This document shows, piece after piece, positions 1-11,570 of a DNA stretch of 64,000 bases (its first letter is position 1; each line of letters opens with the position of its first letter). Made by a program: the position numbers and the translations under genes. The notes beneath the pieces are model-generated. The model searched no databases, had not been told where the DNA came from, and saw only the letters and a program-made list of their open reading frames with translations. The stretch comes from Bilabrum cf. latius (Eukaryota): the NCBI GenBank assembly GCA_965178125.1, contig OZ237740.1, forward strand, positions 992,001 to 1,056,000, in the 5' to 3' direction.

Positions 1-2793
1 GCGGCTCGTAGGGGTGACGCAATGGGGCCCGGCGTGCTGCAGCAGAGCAACTGGGGCGGAGACTTCGACCAGGACTCCACGGACGACGACGGGCCCGCCA
101 CCGATGAGCTGGCGGCCGCGCTTGCTGCTGCCCAGGGCAGCATGGGGGGCGGGCCTGTGCCTGTGCAGCGCAGTACCGGCGTCTTGGGTGATGCTCCTGC
201 GCCGGGCCAGAGGGAGTTTGCGTCGATGCGTGCAGTGTCCACGGTTGCAGCTCAGCTCATGCAGTCGGGTGCCAGGGCAGCGGCGGGTGTATCTGACGCC
301 AGGCAGCGCCACTTTGAAGCTGCATCCATCGGTGCCCTTGAGCGGGTTGGCGTGGTGGAGGCAGGGGATGCGGAGAGCAAGGAGGATACTGCCTCACGTC
401 AGGCGAAGAAGGAGCTCTTGTCCAAAGCCGCCGCGTTCATCGCAGCAGCCGACGAGCCCACAGAGCTGCAGGAGAGGCACGAGTACCGGCACGGGCTGGG
501 GAGCGGGAGACAGTGCTCTGGGCTTGGCCTTTGCGCTGAGGATGGGAGCTGTCGATGCTAGCCAGGGTATGGTGGGGACAGCTGCCAGCTTCGCCAGGTC
601 AAGCACGGCGTTTGCAGCGCGGCGCCCGAGCCGCTGGCGAGCAATATGTTTGAGCTTGCGCTGGACAAGGTCGCGCAGAAGAAGAAGGCCAACGCGTAGG
701 AATCGAAGGCCGGGAACGGCACCGCGGCTGCTCTGCAGGCAAGGGGGTCGGTGGCGCAGCGCAAGGACGAGGACGATGATGAGCCTCTCAGGCTAGTGTG
801 TCGTTGCGGTCTTGTGCCAGCACAGAAAGCTGCGTTCCCAGGGCAGCGATACACAGGGCCATCGTGTGACAAGCTCTCCTGTCCCAAGGATTGCAGCGGG
901 CGCGGCTCTTGCGGAGAGCACGGGCAGTGCCTGTGCCCGCCTGGATGGACGGGTGACGCTTGTGACAAGCCGTCGTGCGTGGACATGTGCGGCGGCCGCG
1001 GCAAGTGCATTGTAAAGCGTGTGCCCCTCGACGAAGTGCCGGAGGGCGCCGTGACGGCCCGCCCTCTCCGGGAGCTCCTGACGTCGGCTGACCGGGCCGC
1101 CGCTGGCGATGCAGCAGCGGCGATAGGCAGGCGATCGTCCGCCCTCGGCGAGACGCTCGGCAGCACAGCGGCAGCCAAGCAAGAAGATGCGCCCAAGGTG
1201 GGTGCAATCCTCGCCAACCACCAGGAATAGCCAACGGAAGGGAGGCCCAAGCTCGCTGCGATCGTCAGCGGTAGTGCGCAGTCGAGAGCAGAGCATAAGA
1301 AGCTGCAGCAGAGCAAACCGAACGCGGGCGCGGTTTTGGCGGGAGCGGGCGGGACCAAGGGATCGCCGAAGGCAGGCGCGGTTCTAGCCGGCACTTCCAA
1401 GAAACGGAGCAACAAGGCGGGTGCCGAGGCCTCGAAGACGGAGACCGCCTTGCTGCAGCGCAGCAGCTCGGTCTCAAGGCAGCGCAGCAAGGTGCAGGCG
1501 AGAAGCTACGGGAGGCTGAGGGCGTCCCATTCGGGTCGGCACGGAGCACAGCCTGCTGCAGGCGCCGGTCGCGACCCGGCCGAGATCGTATCCGATGCGA
1601 CCTCTGGAAGCAGGCAGGTCTCGCATGAGCAGCACGCCCGCAAGGCCTCTGCTGGAGTGTCGGCAACGAAGCAGCCTTTCAAGAAGGAGGACACTGTGGT
1701 TGCAGCATTCTGCGAGTGCGAGGCGGGGTACGCTGGCGCAGGCTGCGGCACGAAGGTGTGTCCAGTGGCCAACTGCAGCGGCCACGGGAAGTGCGACGAG
1801 GCGACCGGCACGTGCAAGTGCACCGGCCGGTGGTACGGCGCCGCGTGCGATAAGCACCGGGATAGGCAGTGCCCGGGTGCGTGCGGGGCCAAGCTTCACA
1901 GAGGCATGTGCCACGACGGCACGTGCTACTGCGCCAAGGGCTTCACCGGCCCATCATGCAGCAGCGTTCTGTGCCCGTCATCTTGTAGCGGGAACGGCGT
2001 GTGCAACATGACGACCGGTGCCTGCCAGTGCAACTCTGGGTGGGGTGGCGAAGCCTGCAGCAAGCGCACATGCCCTGTGGGCATGCCGCCCCCGCGGTAC
2101 AGGACGTCTGCGAACGTGACAGGCGCGGGGTCCAAGCCGCGCCCACCTCCGTGCTCGGGTGTGGGCGAGTGCGTGGATGGGCAATGCCACTGCCCTGCTC
2201 CCTACATCGGGCACGACTGTTCCCTGCGAGTGCTGGCCGTCAAGCCCTCGAAACCCAACGAAGCGATGCATCCCACCGTGCGGGCCGAGAAGACCGAGGC
2301 TCTCCGCATCGCCAACGAGTCGGTCGGAGCCGGGACCCACGACCCTAGCCCCAGCCAGCAGTCGGTCCACGGGAGCGCCGCGGACATCTTCGGATCTGAG
2401 CCGAAGGTGTCTCTGTCTCTCGGGGACTCGGGGCATCGAGACGTGCAAAATTCGTCCGCAGAGAATGAAAAGTAGGTGCAGCCCAAGAACGTGACGGAAA
2501 AGCCGTCTGCCGGTGGTGACGCAGCGGTGACCAACGGGGTAGTGGCCGGCAGCGAAGCAGCGCAGGGTGGCGAAGGAGAGAAGTCCTAGGCTGGCCTTGA
2601 AGGTGCTGGCACTGATGAAGACGATGCAAGGGCACTGGCGCGAGCCAAGGCCCAGCAGCACGTGGCATCGTCGATTGGGTCGTGGCTGACGGGATTCCGG
2701 AGAGGCAATCGCACTGCAGGCAACGAAACCGCCGTGCCTGTGGATCGGCGGCATTACAGCGCTACTGGGCCGATTGCGACCCTGTTCTTTTGA
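1..2793 (+). CDS. Tenascin/teneurin-like EGF-repeat protein (5' partial)
   Basis: ORFs 22-561, 751-1230 and 1336-2475 share a frame and are separated only by TAG (559, 697, 1228, 2473, 2587). The TAG at 559 lies inside an EGF repeat (CRC-Q-PGYGGDSC). Many tenascin-type EGF repeats (e.g. CSGHGKCDEATGTCKCTGRWYGAAC). First TGA at 2791-2793; frame open from base 1. Confidence 0.85.
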
Positions 2794-2963
2794 TTTGATC
2801 GTTTGTTAGACGAAAGCATATTCATCCATGCAACCGCGTGATGGGTGGGGTTTCCACCGGGGGATCTTCCCCGCAAGCAACTAAAATCCACACGCACATA
2901 ACCTGTCTGGACAACCTCGGCAGATGGATCCCTGGCCATCACACATAACCTTGCTCTGGGCCT

Positions 2964-4379
2964 TCAAGAATTCCCGCTGGACAGGACAATCATCGTGACG
3001 GCGCCAATGGCAAGCGCGAAGTTGGCGCACAGCAGCAGGTAGTTCCGGGTCCCCGAAATCTCACCGAAAAGGAATACGCCCCACAATGACGCAACCATGC
3101 CAGGGCCCAAACAGACGAGCGGGAAGCTCTCCGGGTAAGACAGGTTCTCGTTCGCAACGAACCACGCCGCCTGCGCAACCGCCCACAGAATCCCGCTCGA
3201 CACGGCCGGCGCGGTCGTCTACGGGAAGATCCTGGGCTTGTTGCAGGTCGCGACGCAGTAGATGAGGAAGTACACGAGCGACGTGAGCCAAATGCCGAGG
3301 AACTAGGAGAGGATGTAATCCGAGAGCGTGGCAGAGTCATCGACCCAGCGGTGCTGCTTGGCCTTGTGCCCGGCGTCGTTGGGGTGGTCGTGGATCCATG
3401 CGGATTTGTTGGCGTTGTACTGGGGCGGGTCGAAGCAGGAACCGTACAGGAGCCCCGAGGCCAGTGACATGACGATCCCCAGGATCCGCTGCACGGTCTT
3501 TGGGAGTGCATCGGTCACGAAGGACTCGTCCTGGCCTGCCGGGCCCTGCAGCTGCTGGACCTCTTTGGCGGCCTGCACTTCCAGCGTGCCAGGGGCAGCC
3601 GCTCCGTTGATGGCGCCCGTCTCCGCGGCCTGCCCGCCATACAGATCTCCATTGCCCTGCCCGAGACCGGAGTGGTCGATGGACGACGCCCCGCCGATGG
3701 AATCGATGATGGCCCCGGATCCTGCCCCGTCCCAGGACTGCACTCCCAGCAGGCTCTGCTCCTTGCCGTCGCCGCCCGCCCCTGCCTTCTTTTTGTCCTC
3801 CTCCTCGGACGATTCGGCCTTGCCCCCCGCGGTGTTGGACTCCACTAGCGAAGCCACCATGATGGACAACACAGCCACGGCGATGCCGGCACTGGACAGC
3901 CCGGGCTTGGCAGGCTCCTGAGCGTCGAGGCCAAACAGGCCAAACCTGCCGCTGAAGTAGCCGCACAGCAGGTTTGCGCTGCCCCAAATGACGAGACCGA
4001 GGGCCAGTCCAATGGTGCGCACGATGGGCACCACCATGATATTCCCTGTGCACCACAGGAATCCGCCTAGCATCGCGAAGGGGACGACCACAGGAGGCTG
4101 GTGGTCCGTGTAGTACTGATAGATGAACACGAATATGCCCACCATAAGCGTTCCGGTGCACTGAAAGAACTGGAACGCCATGCCGTCGCCCGTCGGGAAC
4201 ATCTTAGTGGGAAGGAAACTGCGGTACGAGTACGCGTGAGGCCGCATGGGCGCAAGCGACTGGGGTGGCAGCTTGAGCGATGCTTGACGCTTGCAGTCCA
4301 GTATTTGTCTGTCTCACTTGGATCCAAAGAATACCGTTGCAATTAAACAAGCCACATACCCTAACGCAACGTTCACCAT
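2964..4379 (-). CDS. TMEM144: Transmembrane protein 144 (DMT-superfamily sugar-transporter-like); exons 4379-4318, 4218-2964
   Basis: Splicing GTGAG...CGCAG intron 4317-4219 restores GYVACLIATVFFGSNFLPTKMFPTGDGMAFQ. Also MLGGFLWCTGN, GLALGLVIWG and AWFVAN...SFPLV..GPG motifs. In-frame TAG at 3303 and 3219; TGA at 2964. Confidence 0.9.
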
Positions 4380-4862
4380 CTGCGGTGAGGAATCGATCTT
4401 GCAGTGCGTGAAGCGCGTCACGGAGCAGACCCAACAGCAATACGCATCCAAAGTTCCACAAAATGCATCACACGTGCATGCTCCGCGTGAACTATTTATG
4501 CAAAGAACGATTCGTTCGTGAAGGTCGCAATTAAACTTGGGAAAGAGGCAGCACGAGATCAAAAGGTGTACAGTTGCCGTTCAGCGCAGACGAATGGCAA
4601 ATGAAGGACCAGGCTCAGCGTGATTGGATACAGCTTCGGTAGTGTAGGATCAGGCCAAAGCAAACAATGTATGGGCAACATCAATCAACCGTCTCACGGC
4701 AAATCCCTGCAGCTGTCAATAGCTTTGTTTGGCTGCTGCAGATCTGGTTTTTGCGACTTTGTTGCGAATGATTTCCACGTCAAAATGGCAAGAGGTGCTG
4801 GTGGCCAAATTGTGCCACAGCTTGAATGGTACCACCACTTTGAACCTGTGTGAATGGTTTGA

Positions 4863-6923
4863 ATGAAAGCAACTGTACGATTTTGGGATGTGGCAGCAGC
4901 CCTGATACCATACGCGGCTCTAGCTTCCACGGATTTTGCCGCCGGAGCTATCAATCCTCTCCTCACGTACCTCACCCCGAATGATTCTGCGTTCGCTAAC
5001 GTGTCAGCAGTACAGGCTGGAGCGGTGGCTGTTGGGAACGTCTTCAACGGCTGGCTCACCGGCGTCGTTCCGGCTCGGTTTCAGCTGGCAGTATCCTTGC
5101 TCATTTGTGGTGCTGCAAACGCGCTCACACCTGCCGTAGCGAAGTCATAGGGACTGTTGCTTGTAATCAGAGCATTAGCCAATTTCACCGACCCCTGGTC
5201 GCAAGCGCAGACACTGCTGGATCCCGACGGCTCAAGCCCAGGAGTGACGGGTCAGGCGGTGGCGGCGGTGCTTGCTGGCAGGGTGGTGGGCTCGCTCCTG
5301 GGCGGCTACATTGTCGACGCCGCCGGGGAAACTGGAACTTGCCTGGCCATCGGAGCGAGCATCGCGATCGTGGGCCTCTGCACGCTGGTGGCCCTCCCCA
5401 CCGGCACGGCCGAGGCCCAGCGCTCCATCGGCGCTGCCGGCAGCCTGTCGGAATGGGCCCAGGCGGCCGCGCTGGCGTGCGGGTGCGCCGCCGGCATAGG
5501 CACCGAGGAGCCCATCGGTGAAGACCAGGCCCGCGCGCTCAGTCACCCCGAATCGGTTGCAACCGCTCTCAGCCTCCCTCGGCTCGGCCCTGGCCCTGGC
5601 CCTGCAACTGACCATGATCCTGGTCCTGGTGCTGGTGCTGGTGCTGGTGCTGGTGCTGGTGCTGGTGCTGGTGCTGGTGCTGGTGCTGGTGCTGGTGCTG
5701 GTGCTGGTGCTGGTGCTGGTGCTGGTGCTGGTGCTGGTGCTGGTCTGGGCTCCAGTCGGGAGCGAGGGCGGCGCACTGGCGGTAGAAGCAGTGCCGGCGC
5801 TGATCGGGACTAGGGGGGCACGTCCACACCGCTGCTGGGCCCCGAGCAGGGCGGCGCCGCGGACGGCGCGAGCCTCAACGGAGTATCCAACCCAGGCATG
5901 GAGGCGGCTCGCAACCCAAGTGCCGCTGCTGCTGGTGCTGCCGAGCGAAGCCCAGATCCGGCTGAACTCGCCCACCCGTGGCCCTGGGCCCAGCAGACGC
6001 TGGGTCCCTACGGCTTCTTCCTCGCCAGCGGCTGGTGGATGCACTGTCTGGTGCTGGCCGGGAACGGTTTGGTGTGCGGCGCGTTCAACACCTCCGTGCT
6101 GTACGTGCTCAAGAGCAGCTACGGGCAGCCCCTTTCCACGAGCAGTGCCATTCTCGGGGCTGACACAGCAGTCAGAGCGCTCGGGGCAGGCTCCCTGCTC
6201 CCCATCGTGTCCGGGTGCATCAAGGAACCGAACTTGTCCAGCCTGGCAGCGGCGCTGCTGGCCGGATCACTCGCGGGCGTGGCTCTGCTGCGACCCCCGC
6301 TGCCGTCCAGCAAGCACGATGAAGCGGGAGACAGCGTCACAGATGGCCAGGACGGGCTCATGGGAGGCGCCGTCATGCTAGCGACGAGCCCGATGGTGCT
6401 GTACGTCCTCGTCACCGGCCTGGCGTACACGCTGCAGAGCATCCACCACTCCTCCGCGCTTGCGTGTGCCAATGCTTACGTGCACAGCGCAGATCCAAAG
6501 GTTCGTGGCTTGGTGAAGGGGTCTGCTTTCTTCGCCATGATGGTGGGCATCGTGGCGATGTCCTACTCGGCCTTGCGCGTGCTCAAGGTGGACTCCGGCC
6601 GCGAGGGGGAGGGTGGAGGCCCCGAGGCGCAGCGGGCCATGCGCGAGGCCGCAGACGGCAGGATGCGGCTGTTCCTCGGGCTGGCAGCCGCGATGGCCGT
6701 GTGCGGCGTCCTCGTGCGCAGACTTGTCCCCGTGGACTTCGACAGGGGCATCGCGTCACGGTCACGGTCATCGGTCGAGAGGCGGCCTGGCACACCGGGC
6801 ACGCCTGCTCTGATGCCCATTGGTGTGGAGGCACAAGCATCCGACACCGCCGAAGCTAAGGGTGGGCAGCACGACCGCAGGTACGATCAGCTGCCTCTCA
6901 CGGATGATGGCACCGGTCCTTGA
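4863..6923 (+). CDS. Multi-pass membrane protein, MFS-like, with central Gly-Ala repeat loop
   Basis: ORFs 4863-5150, 5157-5813 and 5898-6923 are in one frame, joined across TAG 5148 and 5811. Two hydrophobic halves flank a low-complexity loop; TGA 6921-6923. MFS assignment is from topology only. Confidence 0.7.
5628..5741 (+). repeat. (GGTGCT)x19 microsatellite encoding (Gly-Ala)n
   Basis: Perfect hexamer run inside the MFS-like CDS. Confidence 0.95.
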
Positions 6924-6957
6924 CCTCGAGGTGCAGCTGCTGAAGGACCTGTCGCAA

Positions 6958-7935
6958 TCAGGACACTACGCATCCGCAGAGCCAGCCCTTGCATGCGAGG
7001 TACGTGTCGGGCCTCTCCTCGAGCAGCTCCCTTCTCTCCGCCCTCAATCGGCTGATCTCTTCGCGGAGGGCGACTCGCTCCACGTCATAGGTCCGCACGA
7101 GGGCCTCGAGCTCGGCGTTCGCGGCCCGCACCCTCGCTAGGTCGAGCTGGTGCCTTCGCCTGCGCCTGCATGCCCACTGGATCATGCGGCAGGCCTGCTG
7201 GGCGGGGACTGGGATGACCTCGTCCAGCAAGGGGTTGTTCTCCGAGATGTCCATTTCTGTGAGTTTGTGGCAGTCCGCCACTTCGGCGGGGAGGTCCCTG
7301 AGGTCGTTGCGGGCAGCCGTCACGACACGCAGCTCGGGGAGGCGGAACAGCGAGGCGGGCAGCTGCTTGAGGCGGTTGCCGTCGACGTACAGCTGTTCCA
7401 TGAGGCGAAGCTCGCCAATTTCCGTTGGGAGCTCTCGCAATCGATTGTCTTGCAGTCGTAAAATGCGTATGCGTGAGCATTGGCTGAGCTCTGGCGGCAA
7501 GTACTCCAAACGATTGGATTGGAACGCCAGCTCGCTGCGATGCCAAACAGGAAGCACTGCGCCAGATAACAGCGCTACGTCGAGACTCTGAGCGTCATTC
7601 ATTGCGTATCCAGAGCTCGTCTTACCGAAGCAGTTTGAGGGAGCCTATTGCCTTGGGAAGAACCGAAATGTTATTAAATGAGCAGGTTAGCTTTAACGTA
7701 ACTGCGTGGTAGTCAAACACTCTCTCGTCCAGCGTGACCCACCCGCTATGACTTAAATCAAGATGTCCCTGCGAAACCGTGCAGCTCGCTGACCAGTTAC
7801 CGATGGGTAGCCAGGTTGACCAGTTGGGTGCATTCCGTTGAAAAAGTGTGCGCAGGCCATCTGCACATGCACAACACTCTTAGCTACGCTTACCTCCTCA
7901 TCAGGGGCTGTGCTTTCATTGGCAACTACCTCCAT
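6958..7935 (-). CDS. Leucine-rich-repeat protein with C-terminal coiled coil; exons 7935-7894, 7768-7626, 7534-6958
   Basis: LxxLxLxxNxLxxLP repeats. Two GTAAG...CGCAG introns (7893-7769, 7625-7535) give continuous MEVVANESTAPDEE|GHLDLSHSGW...LKLLR|ELAFQSNRLEYLP. TGA at 6958. Confidence 0.85.
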
Positions 7936-8131
7936 GTGTGTCAGGGGTAGGCGAGAGTACCACCTGGTGGCTATACGGCCAAAAGAAATCCGAACGCATC
8001 AGCAACTCATTGGCGCGGCGCCAGTCACGGTGGTTCCGCTGCAACTCGCGCAAGAGTCAAAGTGCACCCGTGCTTTCGAGTAGCGCCGAGCAGCGATCCA
8101 AACGCACCGCGGTTTTGTTTTTATTCCTACA

Positions 8132-10435
8132 ATGGACAGCCATCCTCTCGATTCCGGCGAAGCTAAGTCCCGCAGCAAGTTGGAAGCAGGCTCAGGCCAG
8201 CCGCCGAACGGCACAGCAGCTGCACCGCAAGATGACGACAGAACACAGCCAGACAGCACAAATCAGTCAGCAGTGGCCCAAGGCCAAGACAAGTAGCTGC
8301 AATAGGGTACGGTGGATGCTACTTCGGACGGGACCCTGGCTCTTGTTGCTGGCAAGCAGCCAGAGTTGCGTGCGGAAGCTTCTGATGGAACTCCAGGCGG
8401 AGAAATTCGGGGAAACGGTACGTCAGAGGCTCAAGACATGCTAGAGTAGGCGTCTGCGGACGTAAGGCGGTATGCGACGCTTGCTGTGGAGGCCACTGGC
8501 CACAGCGCCGAGCGGTCAGCAGCAGCTGCGCAGGTACAGACTGAAAACGAGGCCTTGAAAACGAGACTGGCCCACCTGCAGACCCGCATCATGCAGTTGG
8601 AGACGCAGTCGTTGTCAAGCCCGGACCGCAGCAAGAGCCCCAAGCACTTGGACGCGCTTCATGCTGTGAGACGCGCTTCTACCAATCCCATTCCGCCGCC
8701 TGCGTCTGATCCCATCGTGCACTGCTGCTCACTTTCTTTCCTTCCCATGCAAAGTTCACACGCGCCGCAGACCGCCACCCGGCAGCTGGAAGCCATAGAG
8801 GCGTAGCAGTCTCTCATCGCCGACCTGGAGCAGGAGCGAGACGAGGCGCAGAGGCAGAGGGACGAGGCAGCCAGGCAGAGGGAAGAACTCAGGGCCAGAA
8901 TGGCCGCGGCTGCGGCAGCGCACGCCAGGGAGAAGACAGAGCTGGCCAGGAAGGCGCGTGCGGGCGCGGAGGACGGCGGTGCCGGCATTGAGGCAATGCA
9001 GGCGTGCATCGACGAGCTGACGGGCACGCTGGAGACCATGCACGGCGAGCTGGACGCGGCTGCCAAGAGGGCGGCTGCGGAGCGGGAGCGAGCAAACGAC
9101 CTGCAGCGGCAGGTGGAGCGGCTCGAGGGTGTGACGAGTGACCTGTCGGCCACGCAGGAGCTCCTCGAGAGGAGCAGGAGGGAGGCTGCGGCCGCCAGGC
9201 GGGACGCCGAGGAGCTCCGGGCCAGGGTCAGGCAGGCCTCGCAGTCCGCCGCGGACGCGCAGGCGGAGTCTGCAGCAACTGCGGGGGAACTGGGCAGCGC
9301 GCGGTCAACCCTCTCTGCGATTCGGGCGCAGCTGCGGCAGGCCCACGCCACTGGTGCAACGGCCCAGCAGGCCGCCAACCAGATCTACGTGGCGCTCGAG
9401 TCTGCCAGGGCAAGAGACGCTGCCATGCGGGCGGCGGCAGAGGCTGCTGCGGGCCTGCGGTCCGCGGCGGCGAGGGATGCAGCAGCCGGGTCCGGGGCTG
9501 GTGGAGCCCTGGCGGTGCCGGCGCTAGAGAACGGAAACGGGTCTGGCGGGAGCAGCTCCTCTGGCAGGGCGGAGGAGGGTAAGGAGGGGGAAGGTGGGGA
9601 GAGTGGGAGGGCGCTCGTGCCGTCGAGGGGGACACCGGTCGCTGCAATGAGGGGGAGTGGGGCATCGGGCGGCGGGTTCCAAGGGGCGAGCAGCATGGGT
9701 GGGGGCTCGCCGGCAGAGGGGCCGCCAGCCGATGCCGCTGCGCTTCGGGCGGCGGTGCGGGCCGCGTTTGCGGGCGCGGCCGCATCCGATGTCCGGCTGC
9801 AGGAGGCAGAGGGCAGGTGCGGGCAGCTGCAGGCGCGGGTGCACCGGCTGGAGGAGGAGCTCGATGACTCGAAGAGGTAGCACGCGCAGGCTGTGGCCGC
9901 GCAGCGAGGCCTGCAACGACAGGTGGATGACATGCGATGGAAAGCCACCATCGACAGGCGGTTCGGGAGCGTCGATCCCGACGTGTTCCGCGACGCTGCC
10001 GGCGCCGGCGCTGGTGCCAGCGGCGGGATTCAGCTAGCAGCAGGCGGTCATGGCCAGGGAACACCACACGGGATGGGAGGGGCGGAGGCTTCAATCGGTG
10101 GCATGCGGCGGCCCTCGGAAGTCGCGGCGGAGGAGCCGCCGGCCATGCGGGGGCCGAGCGGTGGGCTGGCGGCGGACGGCGCGGAAAGCTGGGGACAGGG
10201 GGCCAGCAACACCGCGGGGGGACTCCCAGGAACGCCGTATGGAGCTAGGTTTGCCGACGCGGCCTTGTCGTCGTCTGGACCTTCCTTTGCGGAGAGCGGC
10301 GGCGGGAGGGGTGTTCCTGCTGGCAGCGAGGGCCCACCGCAGATGCTCGGCTCGCTGCACGGGGTGGTGTTTCGGTCCAAGGTGGGACAAAGGGCCGCTG
10401 CGCTGGCGGCCGCGTCTCCGCGGACAATGAGGTAA
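8132..10435 (+). CDS. Long coiled-coil protein of unknown function; probable intron 8666-8770
   Basis: One frame from ATG 8132 through ORFs 8486, 8900 and 9893, broken only by five TAGs. Heptad-rich E/A/R/Q sequence. GTGAG...CGCAG 105-nt in-frame intron candidate. Ends TAA 10433-10435. Confidence 0.75.
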
Positions 10436-11030
10436 ACTTGTGGTGCCGCTCAGACTTTGAGCACTTTGTTGTGTTGCATGTGACGCCTTTTTTCGTGGGC
10501 CGGTGATGCCGCACTCACTGCTGTGAATCTGTCAAGTATTCACCGGTGGTACGGCCTCTTGCTAGGTCTCTTGTCATTCGCAGAAGATCTGCCGACTTCT
10601 GGGTGGTTGCTTGCCGGCTTGGCCACCGCAAGAAGCAATGGGGTGCTCGGCATGTAGCATCGGCGCGGGTGGCGACTGTCGAGCACAGGGGCGGGTAGAC
10701 TACTCTGGCATCGGCTCCGGATGGAGCGGCCTCATGTCGTCGACCAAAAGGAACAAGGAATAACACTCGTGTACCCCATGCTTGAGGAGTACACGGTCCC
10801 GCCGCCTCCCGTTGAGCCAGCGGGGGACGCACCCACAGTCACTTCGCGCTGCATCGGCGACGGCGATCCGGTTCAGACCCAGGGAGAAGCTGCGGCTCAG
10901 CTGTAGTTGACCTCGAGGTCGAGGAAATGCCGCGCGAATCTGTATGGTCCCATAGTGAGGGGTTGACATGAGTATTCTGATTCGCTGACATAGTCCTGTG
11001 CATATTCAGTCAGAGTATCATCGGTACGCA

Positions 11031-11419
11031 TCAGTCGTCGTCGTTGCCCTCTGCGGTACCCCTTGTCCTATATGCGTCCGGAACCCTATACAACGCCGCT
11101 TTCTGTTTCTTTGCTAGCGAGGCCGCCATGCACTTGTCGTATGCTTCCATCTGTGTCTTGCACTAGGCCAGCGCTTCGTGTATCACGGAGCTGCTCTGCG
11201 ACGCAGTGCACCAAAAACTGTACGACACAAACATTATACTACAACAAGAGGCAGCGATGCTTGTATCCGCAATGCTTGCGTCAGCTGGCTTACACCTTCC
11301 TCTGGCTGCTTGCTCTTGATCCCGAAACACTCAAAGAACGGAGTAGCAACCGGCCTACATTCCTTTGTTACCTTCGGGAAGAAGTCCTATAATCGCAAAT
11401 CGTTGCCTGCAGCCGCCAT
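11031..11419 (-). CDS. Small twin-CX9C (CHCH-like) protein, 96 aa; exons 11419-11294, 11195-11031
   Basis: Absent from the ORF track. With two TAG=Gln and a GTAAG...CGCAG intron (11293-11196) it reads MAAAGNDLRLQDFFPKVTKE-CRPVATPFFEC-FGIKSKQPEEG|SSSVIHEALAQ-CKTQMEAYDKC-MAASLAKKQKAALYRVPDAYRTRGTAEGNDDD-TGA, with two exact C-x9-C motifs. Confidence 0.8.
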
Positions 11420-11570
11420 GATTGTGTCCAGAAGGGGGGAAAGTGTAGCTTGTTTCCAGCTCCGGGCGAATATGATACATCACGCTACTTCAAAATATGA
11501 TAAATGTTTCGCCGGTTGAGACGAAGCCTCCCGCGACGATCCACTTGCACTTACAGACACAGTGGAGAAA

